From the sequence record MZ234030.1: a stretch of 64,000 nucleotides of DNA, one strand, 5' to 3'. Below, in pieces: positions 41,978-55,147 of the stretch. The DNA is from Escherichia phage vB_EcoM-CHD16UKE1. Below the pieces are notes generated by a model. It was not told where the DNA came from, searched no databases, and worked only from the letters and a program-made list of their open reading frames with translations. Numbering within the stretch: the first letter of the stretch is position 1; every line of letters begins with the position of its first letter. A program made the translations under genes and the position numbers.

Positions 41978-42247
41978 ATGGCTAAAAAAGAAATGGTTGA
42001 ATTTGATGAAGCTATCCATGGCGAAGACTTGGCTAAATTTATTAAAGAAGCATCTGATCATAAACTGAAAATTTCCGGTTATAATGAATTGATTAAAGAT
42101 ATTCGAATTCGTGCCAAAGATGAACTTGGCGTTGATGGTAAGATGTTTAATCGTCTATTAGCTTTGTATCATAAAGATAACCGTGATGTGTTTGAAGCTG
42201 AAACTGAAGAGGTAGTTGAACTTTATGACACAGTTTTCTCTAAATGA
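41978..42247 (+). CDS. dsbA: dsDNA-binding protein DsbA (late transcription)
   Basis: 89 aa. Confidence 0.75.
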   Translation: MAKKEMVEFDEAIHGEDLAKFIKEASDHKLKISGYNELIKDIRIRAKDELGVDGKMFNRLLALYHKDNRDVFEAETEEVVELYDTVFSK

Positions 42248-42563
42248 CATTCGTCCGGTCGATGAGACCGGTCTTTCAGAAAAAGAACTTTCAATCAAGA
42301 AAGAAAAGGATGAAATAGCAAAGCTTCTTGATCGTCAAGAAAATGGATTTATTATTGAAAAAATGGTAGAAGAGTTTGGAATGAGTTATCTTGAAGCTAC
42401 GACAGCATTCTTGGAAGAAAACTCTATTCCTGAAACTCAATTTGCTAAATTTATTCCTTCGGGGATAATTGAAAAAATCCAGTCAGAAGCTATTGACGAA
42501 AATCTTTTACGTCCTTCTGTTGTTCGTTGTGAAAAAACTAATACATTAGATTTTCTACTATGA
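42225..42563 (+). CDS. 33: Late transcription co-activator gp33
   Basis: 112 aa from ATG 42225. Confidence 0.8.
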   Translation: MTQFSLNDIRPVDETGLSEKELSIKKEKDEIAKLLDRQENGFIIEKMVEEFGMSYLEATTAFLEENSIPETQFAKFIPSGIIEKIQSEAIDENLLRPSVVRCEKTNTLDFLL

Positions 42564-43213
42564 TTAAACTCCGCATGCCTGCTGGTGGTGAAAGATACAT
42601 TGATGGTAAATCAGTTTATAAATTATACTTAATGATAAAACAACATATGAATGGAAAGTATGATGTTATTAAGTATAATTGGTGCATGCGGGTGTCTGAT
42701 GCCGCTTATCAAAAGCGAAGGGATAAGTATTTTTTCCAGAAGTTATCAGAAAAATATAAATTAAAGGAACTTGCTTTAATCTTTATAAGCAATCTTGTTG
42801 CTAACCAGGATGCTTGGATTGGCGACATCTCTGACGCTGATGCACTTGTGTTTTATCGTGAATATATCGGACGCTTAAAGCAAATTAAATTTAAGTTTGA
42901 AGAAGATATTCGCAACATTTATTATTTTAGTAAGAAAGTTGAAGTTTCTGCTTTTAAAGAAATCTTTGAGTATAATCCAAAAGTTCAATCAAGTTATATT
43001 TTTAAACTACTTCAATCGAATATAATTTCGTTTGAAACGTTTATCTTGCTTGATTCGTTTTTAAATATAATTGATAAACACGATGAACAGACTGATAATT
43101 TAGTCTGGAATAATTATTCTATAAAGTTAAAGGCTTATAGAAAAATTTTAAATATTGATTCACAGAAAGCTAAAAATGTTTTCATTGAAACTGTGAAATC
43201 TTGTAAGTATTGA
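42560..43213 (+). CDS. 59: Helicase loader gp59
   Basis: 217 aa. Confidence 0.85.
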   Translation: MIKLRMPAGGERYIDGKSVYKLYLMIKQHMNGKYDVIKYNWCMRVSDAAYQKRRDKYFFQKLSEKYKLKELALIFISNLVANQDAWIGDISDADALVFYREYIGRLKQIKFKFEEDIRNIYYFSKKVEVSAFKEIFEYNPKVQSSYIFKLLQSNIISFETFILLDSFLNIIDKHDEQTDNLVWNNYSIKLKAYRKILNIDSQKAKNVFIETVKSCKY

Positions 43214-43214
43214 T

Positions 43215-43847
43215 ATGAATATAGTATATTGGTTTACATTTGAAGACCGTGTCAAAAATAAGACTCCGCCATACTACTATATCGGTAGTAAATTAAATTG
43301 CTCATTTGAGAACGGAATAATATATGACTCTTCCGGAAAGGAATACTGGAGCTCATGTAAACAAAAAAGATTTTTGAATGCGCTAATGCTTCAAAAACCG
43401 AGCGTTAAAATAATTCAAATTGATGATGACTTGGATGTTATTGAAGCAGAACGAAAATACCAACTTGAAGTAAATGCCAGAGATAATCCAGACTATTTTA
43501 ATCTGGTATATGCTGGTGGTGGATTTGGTGTGAGTGGTGAAACTCATCCAGCAAAAGACCCGGAAGTTAGAGAGCATATGAGATTGGCTAATTATATGAA
43601 CCGTGACGATTTTAGACCTTGGAAAACATCACGAGCTAATATAGAGTCTTGGAAATTATCTCATATTGCTTACGAGAATTATGTGTTATTATTATCCTCT
43701 AATCTGTACGGTAAAACTCCCGGATGGCGAAGAGTTAAAGGTAATATAAATATAACTGATACAACTGCTAAATCGATGGTAAAGTATTTCAACTCAGGTT
43801 GGATACCTCTCGAAGACCCAGAGTATTGCGAATTATGCCAGCTATGA
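43215..43847 (+). CDS. segG: GIY-YIG homing endonuclease, SegG-like
   Basis: 210 aa; N-terminal GIY-YIG (IVYWFTF...YYIGSK); inserted between 59 and 32 as T4 segG. Confidence 0.7.
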   Translation: MNIVYWFTFEDRVKNKTPPYYYIGSKLNCSFENGIIYDSSGKEYWSSCKQKRFLNALMLQKPSVKIIQIDDDLDVIEAERKYQLEVNARDNPDYFNLVYAGGGFGVSGETHPAKDPEVREHMRLANYMNRDDFRPWKTSRANIESWKLSHIAYENYVLLLSSNLYGKTPGWRRVKGNINITDTTAKSMVKYFNSGWIPLEDPEYCELCQL

Positions 43848-43901
43848 GGTAAAGTGTCATAGCACCAACTGTTAATTAAATTAAATTAAAAAGGAAATAA
43901 A

Positions 43902-44807
43902 ATGTTTAAACGTAAATCTACTGCTGAACTTGCTGCACAAATGGCTAAACTGAATGGCAATAAAGGTTTTTCTTCTGAAGATAAAGGCGAGTGGAAACTG
44001 AAACTCGATAATGCGGGTAACGGTCAAGCAGTAATTCGTTTTCTTCCGTCTAAAAATGATGAACAAGCACCATTCGCAATTCTTGTAAATCACGGTTTCA
44101 AGAAAAATGGTAAATGGTATATTGAAACATGTTCATCTACCCATGGTGATTACGATTCTTGTCCAGTATGTCAGTACATCAGTAAAAATGATCTGTACAA
44201 CACTGACAATAAAGAGTACAGTCTTGTTAAACGTAAAACTTCTTACTGGGCTAATATTCTTGTTGTAAAAGACCCAGCTGCTCCAGAAAATGAAGGTAAA
44301 GTATTTAAATATCGTTTCGGTAAGAAAATCTGGGATAAAATCAACGCGATGATTGCGGTTGATGTTGAAATGGGTGAAACTCCGGTTGATGTAACTTGTC
44401 CGTGGGAAGGTGCTAACTTTGTACTGAAAGTTAAACAAGTTTCTGGTTTTAGTAACTACGACGAATCTAAATTCCTGAATCAATCTGCGATTCCAAACAT
44501 TGACGATGAATCTTTCCAGAAAGAACTGTTCGAACAAATGGTTGACCTTTCTGAAATGACTTCTAAAGATAAATTCAAATCGTTTGAAGAACTGAGCACT
44601 AAATTCGGTCAAGTTATGGGAACTGCTGTGATGGGCGGTGCCGCTGCAACTGCTGCTAAGAAAGCTGATAAAGTTGCTGATGATTTGGATGCATTCAATG
44701 TTGATGACTTCAATACAAAAACTGAAGATGATTTTATGAGCTCAAGCTCTGGCAGTTCATCTAGTGCTGATGACACGGACCTGGATGACCTTTTGAATGA
44801 CCTTTAA
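43902..44807 (+). CDS. 32: ssDNA-binding protein gp32
   Basis: 301 aa; zinc site and acidic Ser/Asp-rich C-terminus; recalled as T4 gp32. Confidence 0.93.
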
Positions 44808-44829
44808 TGGATTATATTACTAATTAATT

Positions 44830-44855
44830 GGGGACCCTAGAGGTCCCCTTTTTTA
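44830..44855 (+). terminator. Rho-independent terminator
   Basis: GGGGACC-CTAGA-GGTCCCC then TTTTTT. Confidence 0.75.
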
Positions 44856-44878
44856 TTTTAAAAATTTTTCACAAAACT

Positions 44879-44908
44879 GTTTACATCCTTGTTCTTCCAT
44901 GGTACTAT
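44879..44908 (+). promoter_or_regulatory. T4-type early promoter
   Basis: GTTTAC then TACTAT. Confidence 0.55.
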
Positions 44909-44951
44909 ACAACTATCGGCAATACTGCTGATGATTAAAGAGGAAAACAAT

Positions 44952-45179
44952 ATGGCTAAAGTTGATATTGACATCGTTGATTTTGAATATATTGAAGAGA
45001 TTATTCGTAATCGTTATCCTGAACTTAGTATCACAAGCGTGCAAGATTCTAAGTTTTGGAGTATTCAAATCGTTATTGAAGGTCCTCTTGAAGACCTCAC
45101 CCGCTTTATGGCTAATGAATATTGTGATGGTATGGATGCTGAAGACACAGAATTTTACATGGGAATGATTGAACAATAA
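44952..45179 (+). CDS. Hypothetical protein (frd.3 position)
   Basis: 75 aa from ATG 44952 after RBS AGAGGAAA. Confidence 0.45.
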   Translation: MAKVDIDIVDFEYIEEIIRNRYPELSITSVQDSKFWSIQIVIEGPLEDLTRFMANEYCDGMDAEDTEFYMGMIEQ

Positions 45180-45224
45180 TTATCAAGGGGCTATTAAGCC
45201 CCTATTAAAATGAGGAAAATCAAA

Positions 45225-45611
45225 ATGGAAATCGGCAAAAAATACGAGTTAAATCCACACCGTATTAAATCTTTCATTGATATTAGTTCATCAAATGCTA
45301 ATATGGTCGGCATCATTCAAGAAAATGGTGGTTGGTTTGAAGTTAAATCAATATCAAGTTTAGATGGCTTTGATTATGTAACCGAAATCATTTGTGCTAA
45401 TGGTGAAATCTATAATGATGATGGTATGGGTGATGATTATTTTGAACTTAGTGAAGAAGAGTTTTATTGTTTCCGCGAATATAAAGAACCGACTTCTGAA
45501 GAAGATGAAGTCAAAGACAAGGTTTCTGGCGTAACAAAAATTCACTGCATTGTTGACGAAAACAATGTAGATGAAATCATTGAACTTTTGCGAAAAACTT
45601 TCAAAAAGTAG
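45225..45611 (+). CDS. Hypothetical acidic protein
   Basis: 128 aa from ATG 45225. Confidence 0.45.
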   Translation: MEIGKKYELNPHRIKSFIDISSSNANMVGIIQENGGWFEVKSISSLDGFDYVTEIICANGEIYNDDGMGDDYFELSEEEFYCFREYKEPTSEEDEVKDKVSGVTKIHCIVDENNVDEIIELLRKTFKK

Positions 45612-45640
45612 TTTACAGCAGGGTAGTAGTGTGATACTAT
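45611..45640 (+). promoter_or_regulatory. T4-type early promoter
   Basis: GTTTAC then TACTAT. Confidence 0.55.
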
Positions 45641-45749
45641 TACCCTATCAAAACTAATGGAGAAAAGAAAATGTTAGCACCTTATATTATGGCAGCAGTT
45701 ATGTTGGTTTGTTTATATCTTTTGATTAAAGCTTGCTAAGGAGAATAAA

Positions 45750-45992
45750 ATGAGATTACAACGCCAGAGCATCAAAGATTCAGAAGTTAGAGGTAAATGG
45801 TATTTTAATATCATCGGTAAAGATTCTGAACTTGTTGAAAAAGCTGAACACCTTTTACGCGATATGGGGTGGGAAGATGAATGTGATGGGTGTCCGCTTT
45901 ATGAAGACGGTGAAAGCGCAGGATTTTGGATTTATCACTCTGACGTCGATCAGTTTAAAGCTGATTGGAAAATTGTGAAAAAGTCTGTTTAG
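45750..45992 (+). CDS. Hypothetical protein
   Basis: 80-aa ORF with RBS AAGGAG. Confidence 0.45.
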   Translation: MRLQRQSIKDSEVRGKWYFNIIGKDSELVEKAEHLLRDMGWEDECDGCPLYEDGESAGFWIYHSDVDQFKADWKIVKKSV

Positions 45993-46003
45993 GGGAAAAT
46001 AAT

Positions 46004-47032
<1,029 letters not shown>

Positions 47033-47033
<1 letters not shown>

Positions 47034-47581
47034 TGAAACAATACCAATTTTTAATTAAAGATATCCTGGAAAATGGCTACGAAACCGATGACCGAACAGG
47101 CACAGGAACAATTGCTTTGTTCGGTACTAAATTACGCTGGGATTTAACTAAAGGTTTTCCTGCAGTAACAACTAAGAAGCTCGCCTGGAAAGCTTGCATT
47201 GCTGAGCTGCTTTGGTTTTTATCGGGAAGCACAAATGTCAATGATTTGCGATTAATTCAACATGATTCGTTAATCCAAGGCAAAACAGTTTGGGATGAAA
47301 ATTACGAAAATCAAGCAAAAGATTTAGGATACCATAGCGGTGAACTTGGTCCAATTTATGGAAAACAGTGGCGTGATTTTGGTGGCGTAGACCAAATTAT
47401 AGAAGTTATTGATCGTATTAAAAAATTGCCAAATGATAGGCGTCAAATTGTTTCAGCATGGAATCCAGCTGAACTCAAGCAGATGGCATTACCGCCTTGT
47501 CATATGTTCTATCAGTTTAATGTGCGTAATGGCTATTTGGATTTGCAGTGGTATCAACGATCAGTAGATGTTTTCTTGGGT
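47033..47581 (+). CDS. td: Thymidylate synthase, exon 1
   Basis: ATG 47033 (MKQYQ...); exon ends ...DVFLG before intron 5' end TAATTGAGGCCTGAG. Confidence 0.88.
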
Positions 47582-48597
47582 TAATTGAGGCCTGAGTATA
47601 AGGTGACTTATACTTGTAATCTATCTAAACGGGGAACCTCTCTAGTAGACAATCCCGTGCTAAATTGTAGGACTGCCCTTTAATAAATACTTCTATATTT
47701 AAAGAGGTATTTATGAAAAGCGGAATTTATCAGATTAAAAATACTTTAAACAATAAAGTATATGTAGGAAGTGCTAAAGATTTTGAAAAGAGATGGAAGA
47801 GGCATTTTAAAGATTTAGAAAAAGGATGCCATTCTTCTATAAAGCTTCAGAGGTCTTTTAACAAACATGGTAATGTGTTTGAATGTTCTATTTTGGAAGA
47901 AATTCCATATGAGAAAGATTTGATTATTGAACGAGAAAATTTTTGGATTAAAGAGCTTAATTCTAAAATTAATGGATACAATATTGCTGATGCAACGTTT
48001 GGTGATACATGTTCTACGCATCCATTAAAAGAAGAAATTATTAAGAAACGTTCTGAAACTGTTAAAGCTAAGATGCTTAAACTTGGACCTGATGGTCGGA
48101 AAGCTCTTTACAGTAAACCCGGAAGTAAAAACGGGCGTTTGAATCCAGAAACCCATAAGTTTTGTAAGTGCGGTGTTCGCATACAAACTTCTGCTTATAC
48201 TTGTAGTAAATGCAGAAATCGTTCAGGTGAAAATAATTCATTCTTTAATCATAAGCATTCAGACATAACTAAATCTAAAATATCAGAAAAGATGAAAGGT
48301 AAAAAGCCTAGTAATATTAAAAAGATTTCATGTGATGGGGTTATTTTTGATTGTGCAGCAGATGCAGCTAGACATTTTAAAATTTCGTCTGGATTAGTTA
48401 CTTATCGTGTAAAATCTGATAAATGGAATTGGTTCTACATAAATGCCTAACGACTATCCCTTTGGGGAGTAGGGTCAAGTGACTCGAAACGATAGACAAC
48501 TTGCTTTAACAAGTTGGAGATATAGTCTGATCTGCATGGTGACATGCAGCTGGATATAATTCCGGGGTAAGATTAACGACCTTATCTGAACATAATG
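47582..48597 (+). mobile_element. Group I self-splicing intron of td (about 1016 nt) carrying I-TevI
   Basis: 5' sequence TAATTGAGGCCTGAGTATAAGGTGACTTATAC... and 3' ...GAACATAATG as in T4 td intron; exons join to ...VFLG-LPFNIA... Confidence 0.85.
47713..48450 (+). CDS. I-TevI: Homing endonuclease I-TevI (GIY-YIG)
   Basis: 245 aa, MKSGIYQIKNTLNNKVYVGSAKDFEKRW...; inside td intron. Confidence 0.92.
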   Translation: MKSGIYQIKNTLNNKVYVGSAKDFEKRWKRHFKDLEKGCHSSIKLQRSFNKHGNVFECSILEEIPYEKDLIIERENFWIKELNSKINGYNIADATFGDTCSTHPLKEEIIKKRSETVKAKMLKLGPDGRKALYSKPGSKNGRLNPETHKFCKCGVRIQTSAYTCSKCRNRSGENNSFFNHKHSDITKSKISEKMKGKKPSNIKKISCDGVIFDCAADAARHFKISSGLVTYRVKSDKWNWFYINA

Positions 48598-48909
48598 CTT
48601 CCATTTAATATTGCATCATATGCTACGTTAGTTCATATTGTAGCTAAGATGTGTAATCTTATTCCGGGAGATTTGATATTTTCCGGTGGTAATACTCATA
48701 TCTATATGAATCACGTAGAACAATGTAAAGAAATTTTGCGTCGTGAACCTAAAGAGCTTTGTGAACTGGTAATAGGCGGATTGCCTTATAAATTCCGCTA
48801 TCTTTCTACTAAAGAACAATTGGAATACATTCTTAAACTCAGGCCTAAAGATTTCGTTCTCAAAGATTATCAGTCCCACGGCGTCTTGAAAGGAAAAATG
48901 GCGGTGTAA
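48598..48909 (+). CDS. td: Thymidylate synthase, exon 2
   Basis: Frame continues LPFNIASYATL... to stop at 48907-48909. Confidence 0.85.
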   Translation, partial: LPFNIASYATLVHIVAKMCNLIPGDLIFSGGNTHIYMNHVEQCKEILRREPKELCELVIGGLPYKFRYLSTKEQLEYILKLRPKDFVLKDYQSHGVLKGKMAV

Positions 48910-48932
48910 TTTTAATTTAATTGTGAGGATTT

Positions 48933-49196
48933 ATGATTTTACGATTTAAAGATACTTCTGGTGTAGTTCTTTTTACACTTCCTAACCCAAGTGAGTTAGA
49001 AGTTCCAGGACCAAATCAGCCTATTATCATTTATGGCAAAAAATATTATACTCATAAAATGACTCGTGAGTATTTTGATAATAAAATTTCCACAGTTAAA
49101 ACTTCTTCTGACTGTTACTACGATATTACTGTTTTAACGGAAAAACAATATGCCGAATTATCACCGCGCGGGCCGTCTATGTCGGGTAGTGAATAA
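48933..49196 (+). CDS. Hypothetical protein
   Basis: 87-aa ORF. Confidence 0.4.
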   Translation: MILRFKDTSGVVLFTLPNPSELEVPGPNQPIIIYGKKYYTHKMTREYFDNKISTVKTSSDCYYDITVLTEKQYAELSPRGPSMSGSE

Positions 49197-49479
49197 ATAC
49201 AAATCCGACTTTGATGTGAATATTCACCGTGGTACATTTTGGGGAAATTACGTCGGTAAAGATGCTGGCAGCCGGGAGGCTGCCATTGAATTATTCAAAA
49301 AAAAAGATTTTATACGTCGAATTAAATCCGGAGAAATAACTAAAGCACATTTAGAGCCTTTACGTGGAATGAGGCTAGGATGCACATGTAAACCAAAGCC
49401 GTGTCATGGTGATATAATAGCTCATATAGTTAACCGACTGTTTAAAGACGATTTTCAAGTTGAGGACTTATGCAATTAA
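49150..49479 (+). CDS. Hypothetical protein with C-terminal Cys/His cluster
   Basis: 109 aa; [11 protein letters not shown]. Confidence 0.4.
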   Translation: MPNYHRAGRLCRVVNKYKSDFDVNIHRGTFWGNYVGKDAGSREAAIELFKKKDFIRRIKSGEITKAHLEPLRGMRLGCTCKPKPCHGDIIAHIVNRLFKDDFQVEDLCN

Positions 49480-51734
49480 TTAATGTTATCAAAAGTAGTG
49501 GTGTTTCTCAGAGCTTTGACCCGCAAAAAATTATTAAAGTTTTATCTTGGGCATCTGAGGGAACATCAGTAGATCCTTATGAATTATATGAAAATATTAA
49601 ATCTTATCTCCGTGATGGAATGACAACTGATGATATTCAGACTATTGTCATTAAGGCCGCTGCGAATTCTATTTCGGTCGAAGAGCCTGATTATCAATAT
49701 GTAGCTGCACGTTGTCTAATGTTCGCTCTTCGTAAGCATGTTTATGGGCAGTATGAACCGCGTTCATTTATTGACCATATTTCTTACTGTGTAAATGAAG
49801 GTAAATACGACCCTGAACTGTTGTCAAAATATTCAGCAGAAGAAATTACATTTTTAGAATCAAAAATTAAGCACGAACGGGATATGGAATTTACTTATTC
49901 CGGGGCGATGCAATTAAAAGAAAAATATCTAGTTAAAGATAAAACCACTGGTCAAATTTATGAAACTCCACAGTTTGCATTTATGACTATTGGAATGGCC
50001 TTGCATCAAGATGAACCTGTTGATAGATTAAAACATGTTATCCGTTTTTATGAAGCGGTATCTACTCGACAGATTTCATTACCAACTCCTATTATGGCTG
50101 GTTGCCGTACTCCAACTCGGCAGTTTAGTTCATGCGTTGTTATTGAGGCAGGCGATTCACTGAAGTCTATCAATAAGGCTTCTGCTTCAATTGTTGAATA
50201 TATCTCTAAACGCGCTGGAATTGGTATTAACGTTGGTATGATTCGTGCTGAAGGTTCTAAGATTGGCATGGGTGAAGTACGCCATACTGGTGTTATTCCT
50301 TTTTGGAAACATTTTCAGACTGCTGTTAAATCATGCTCACAGGGTGGAATTCGTGGCGGCGCTGCTACTGCTTATTATCCTATTTGGCATTTGGAAGTTG
50401 AAAATCTTCTTGTTTTGAAAAATAACAAAGGCGTAGAAGAAAACCGCATTCGTCATATGGATTATGGTGTTCAACTGAATGATTTGATGATGGAACGTTT
50501 TGGAAAGAACGATTACATTACTTTGTTCAGTCCCCATGAAATGGGCGGAGAGCTTTATTATTCTTATTTTAAAGACCAAGACCGTTTCCGTGAATTATAC
50601 GAAGCAGCAGAAAAAGACCCTAATATTCGTAAAAAGCGTATTAAAGCCCGTGAACTATTTGAATTGCTCATGACTGAACGCTCAGGAACAGCAAGAATTT
50701 ATGTACAGTTCATTGATAATACGAATAACTATACTCCGTTTATTCGTGAAAAGGCACCTATTCGTCAGAGTAACTTGTGCTGTGAAATTGCTATTCCAAC
50801 AAATGATGTGAATAGTCCTGATGCTGAAATTGGATTGTGTACTCTCTCTGCATTCGTACTAGATAATTTTGACTGGCAAGACCAAGATAAAATTAATGAA
50901 TTGGCAGAAGTTCAAGTTCGTGCTCTTGATAATCTGTTGGATTACCAAGGATATCCAGTTCCTGAAGCAGAAAAAGCTAAAAAGCGTCGTAACCTCGGTG
51001 TAGGTGTTACCAACTATGCAGCTTGGCTGGCAAGTAACTTTGCTTCTTATGAAGATTCTAATGATTTAACACATGAACTATTTGAGAGATTACAGTATGG
51101 ACTCATTAAAGCATCCATTAAGCTCGCCAAAGAAAAAGGACCTTGCGAATATTATTCAGACACTCGTTGGTCTCGAGGCGAATTACCTATCGACTGGTAC
51201 AATAAAAAGATTGACCAAATCGCAGCTCCAAAATACGTTTGTGACTGGTCGGCGCTGCGGGAAGACCTTAAGCTCTTTGGCATCCGTAATAGCACATTAT
51301 CAGCACTTATGCCATGTGAGTCATCTTCCCAAGTTTCTAACAGTACAAACGGTATCGAGCCTCCACGTGGACCAGTCTCTGTTAAAGAATCAAAAGAGGG
51401 TTCCTTTAATCAAGTCGTGCCCAATATTGAGCATAACATAGACCTTTACGACTATACATGGAAATTAGCTAAGAAAGGTAATAAACCTTATCTTACGCAG
51501 GTAGCTATTATGCTGAAATGGGTATGTCAATCAGCTTCAGCAAATACATACTATGACCCGCAGATTTTTCCAAAAGGAAAGGTTCCAATGTCAATAATGA
51601 TTGATGACATGCTATACGGATGGTATTATGGCATTAAAAATTTCTATTATCATAATACCCGTGATGGTTCTGGTACTGATGATTATGAAATAGAAACTCC
51701 AAAAGCTGAAGATTGTTCATCCTGTAAATTATGA
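49470..51734 (+). CDS. nrdA: Ribonucleotide reductase large subunit NrdA
   Basis: 754 aa; ATP-cone then class I RNR core. Confidence 0.92.
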   Translation: MQLINVIKSSGVSQSFDPQKIIKVLSWASEGTSVDPYELYENIKSYLRDGMTTDDIQTIVIKAAANSISVEEPDYQYVAARCLMFALRKHVYGQYEPRSFIDHISYCVNEGKYDPELLSKYSAEEITFLESKIKHERDMEFTYSGAMQLKEKYLVKDKTTGQIYETPQFAFMTIGMALHQDEPVDRLKHVIRFYEAVSTRQISLPTPIMAGCRTPTRQFSSCVVIEAGDSLKSINKASASIVEYISKRAGIGINVGMIRAEGSKIGMGEVRHTGVIPFWKHFQTAVKSCSQGGIRGGAATAYYPIWHLEVENLLVLKNNKGVEENRIRHMDYGVQLNDLMMERFGKNDYITLFSPHEMGGELYYSYFKDQDRFRELYEAAEKDPNIRKKRIKARELFELLMTERSGTARIYVQFIDNTNNYTPFIREKAPIRQSNLCCEIAIPTNDVNSPDAEIGLCTLSAFVLDNFDWQDQDKINELAEVQVRALDNLLDYQGYPVPEAEKAKKRRNLGVGVTNYAAWLASNFASYEDSNDLTHELFERLQYGLIKASIKLAKEKGPCEYYSDTRWSRGELPIDWYNKKIDQIAAPKYVCDWSALREDLKLFGIRNSTLSALMPCESSSQVSNSTNGIEPPRGPVSVKESKEGSFNQVVPNIEHNIDLYDYTWKLAKKGNKPYLTQVAIMLKWVCQSASANTYYDPQIFPKGKVPMSIMIDDMLYGWYYGIKNFYYHNTRDGSGTDDYEIETPKAEDCSSCKL

Positions 51735-51785
51735 TATAATTTGACTCACGGACGAGTCACCAACTATTAACTAAGCGGAAAATTT

Positions 51786-52964
51786 ATGAGCACAGTTTTT
51801 AATACAAATCCAGTTGATGTTTTAAAAGAACCTATGTTTTTTGGTTCAGGTCTTGGTATTGCGCGTTATGATATTCAACGTCATAAAGTTTTTGAAGATT
51901 TAACCGAAAAGCAATTATCATTTTTCTGGCGTCCTGAAGAAGTAAACTTAATGATGGATGCTGCACAGTTTAATAAGCTTCCTCAGTATCAGCAAAATAT
52001 TTTTACTAACAACTTGAAGTATCAATCACTTTTGGATAGCATTCAGGGTCGTGCGCCGTCTGCTGTACTTATGTCATTAATTTCAGACCCAAGCCTTGAT
52101 ACATGGGTTGCTACATGGACTTTTAGTGAAACTATTCACAGTCGTTCATACACTCATATCATGCGAAATCTTTATACTGATCCGTCAAAGGTATTTGATG
52201 AGATTGTATTAGATGAAGCTATTATGAAACGTGCTGAATCCATTGGACGTTATTATGATGATGTTCTGATTAAAACTCGTTATTGGGAAAACGCTAAAGC
52301 TGATATCGAATACCAAAAAGAAATTAATGCAGACGAAGACGTTATTGAAGATGCTATTGAGCATGAGACATATTGGAAGCGTGAGCTAATGAAATCTCTT
52401 TACCTCTGTTTGCATGTAATCAACGCATTGGAAGCTATTCGTTTTTATGTATCTTTTGCATGTACCTTTAACTTCCATAAGAACATGGAAATCATGGAAG
52501 GTAATGCCAAGATTATGAAGTTCATTGCACGCGATGAACAGCTTCACCTTAAAGGCACCCAATATATTATTCGTCAACTTCAACTTGGCACTGATGGCGA
52601 TGAATGGGTTAAAATTGCTCAAGAGTGCGAGCAAGAAGCAGTTGATATTTTCATGGAAGTTAACCGCCAAGAAAAAGATTGGGCAGTTCATTTATTTAAA
52701 GATGGCGATGTTCCTGGATTAAATACAAATAGCATGTGGAGCTTTATTGATTACTTAACTGTATCTCGTATGAAACAGTGTGGTCTTCCATGCCCAATTA
52801 CCGATGCTCCGGTTAAACATCCATATCCTTGGATTCGTGAATATCTTAATTCTGATAATGTTCAATCTGCGCCACAAGAAGTAGAATTGTCATCTTACCT
52901 TGTTGCACAGATTGATAATGATGTTGATGATAAAGTTATGATGAGTTTTAAAAAATACTTTTAA
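51786..52964 (+). CDS. nrdB: Ribonucleotide reductase small subunit NrdB (uninterrupted)
   Basis: 392 aa single ORF, no intron. Confidence 0.9.
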   Translation: MSTVFNTNPVDVLKEPMFFGSGLGIARYDIQRHKVFEDLTEKQLSFFWRPEEVNLMMDAAQFNKLPQYQQNIFTNNLKYQSLLDSIQGRAPSAVLMSLISDPSLDTWVATWTFSETIHSRSYTHIMRNLYTDPSKVFDEIVLDEAIMKRAESIGRYYDDVLIKTRYWENAKADIEYQKEINADEDVIEDAIEHETYWKRELMKSLYLCLHVINALEAIRFYVSFACTFNFHKNMEIMEGNAKIMKFIARDEQLHLKGTQYIIRQLQLGTDGDEWVKIAQECEQEAVDIFMEVNRQEKDWAVHLFKDGDVPGLNTNSMWSFIDYLTVSRMKQCGLPCPITDAPVKHPYPWIREYLNSDNVQSAPQEVELSSYLVAQIDNDVDDKVMMSFKKYF

Positions 52965-52968
52965 GGAG

Positions 52969-52990
52969 TGGGCCGCAAGGCCCATTTTAT
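52969..52990 (+). terminator. Hairpin terminator
   Basis: GGGCCGCAAGGCCC then ATTTTATT. Confidence 0.6.
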
Positions 52991-52991
52991 T

Positions 52992-54579
<1,588 letters not shown>

Positions 54580-54582
54580 GCT

Positions 54583-54612
54583 GTTTACAAGCCCCTCGTG
54601 TTGTGTTATAGT
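54583..54612 (+). promoter_or_regulatory. T4-type early promoter
   Basis: GTTTAC then TATAGT. Confidence 0.55.
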
Positions 54613-54640
54613 AGTCTTACTGACATAACATGAGGACTTT

Positions 54641-55147
54641 ATGATGGATTTGCAGCTTATTACTACTGAAATGGTCGTTGAAGCATACGGTGATACTACA
54701 GATGGGATTTCTGTATTCAAAGGAAATCGTCGAGTTGGATATATCACCGATCTTAAGAAAGATTTAGCTAAGCAAGTCAAGCGGAAAACGACCATTAAAG
54801 AATATCGAAATCGTCGTCTTGAGCAAGCCCGTGATATGCTTCCTGATGCGGTTGAGGAGATGAAAGTCTTTTTAGAAAATCAACTCGCTAAGTATGATTG
54901 TGAAGTGTTCATTAATCAGACTCAACCTAATGTTCATATCAATAGTTGTAAATGCTATATCATCGTTAATCCTTTGACTGGAAAGCATCGTCTTGGAATT
55001 AGTAATCCAAATCGTAGTGCATCGGATATGGCAGAAGATGTTGCGGCATGCTTTAAAATTTCTAAATCTCCAGCTGAACATCATATTTTAATTAACGGTC
55101 TTTCTCAAGACGATATTATAGAGGTTATTAAAACTTTATGCAATTAA
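54641..55147 (+). CDS. alc: Alc-like protein (host transcription shutoff)
   Basis: 168 aa after rnlA, position and size as T4 alc. Confidence 0.6.
   Translation: MMDLQLITTEMVVEAYGDTTDGISVFKGNRRVGYITDLKKDLAKQVKRKTTIKEYRNRRLEQARDMLPDAVEEMKVFLENQLAKYDCEVFINQTQPNVHINSCKCYIIVNPLTGKHRLGISNPNRSASDMAEDVAACFKISKSPAEHHILINGLSQDDIIEVIKTLCN

Noticed and set aside
51786-52964. Group I intron in nrdB
   Set aside because: nrdB is a single uninterrupted 392-aa ORF
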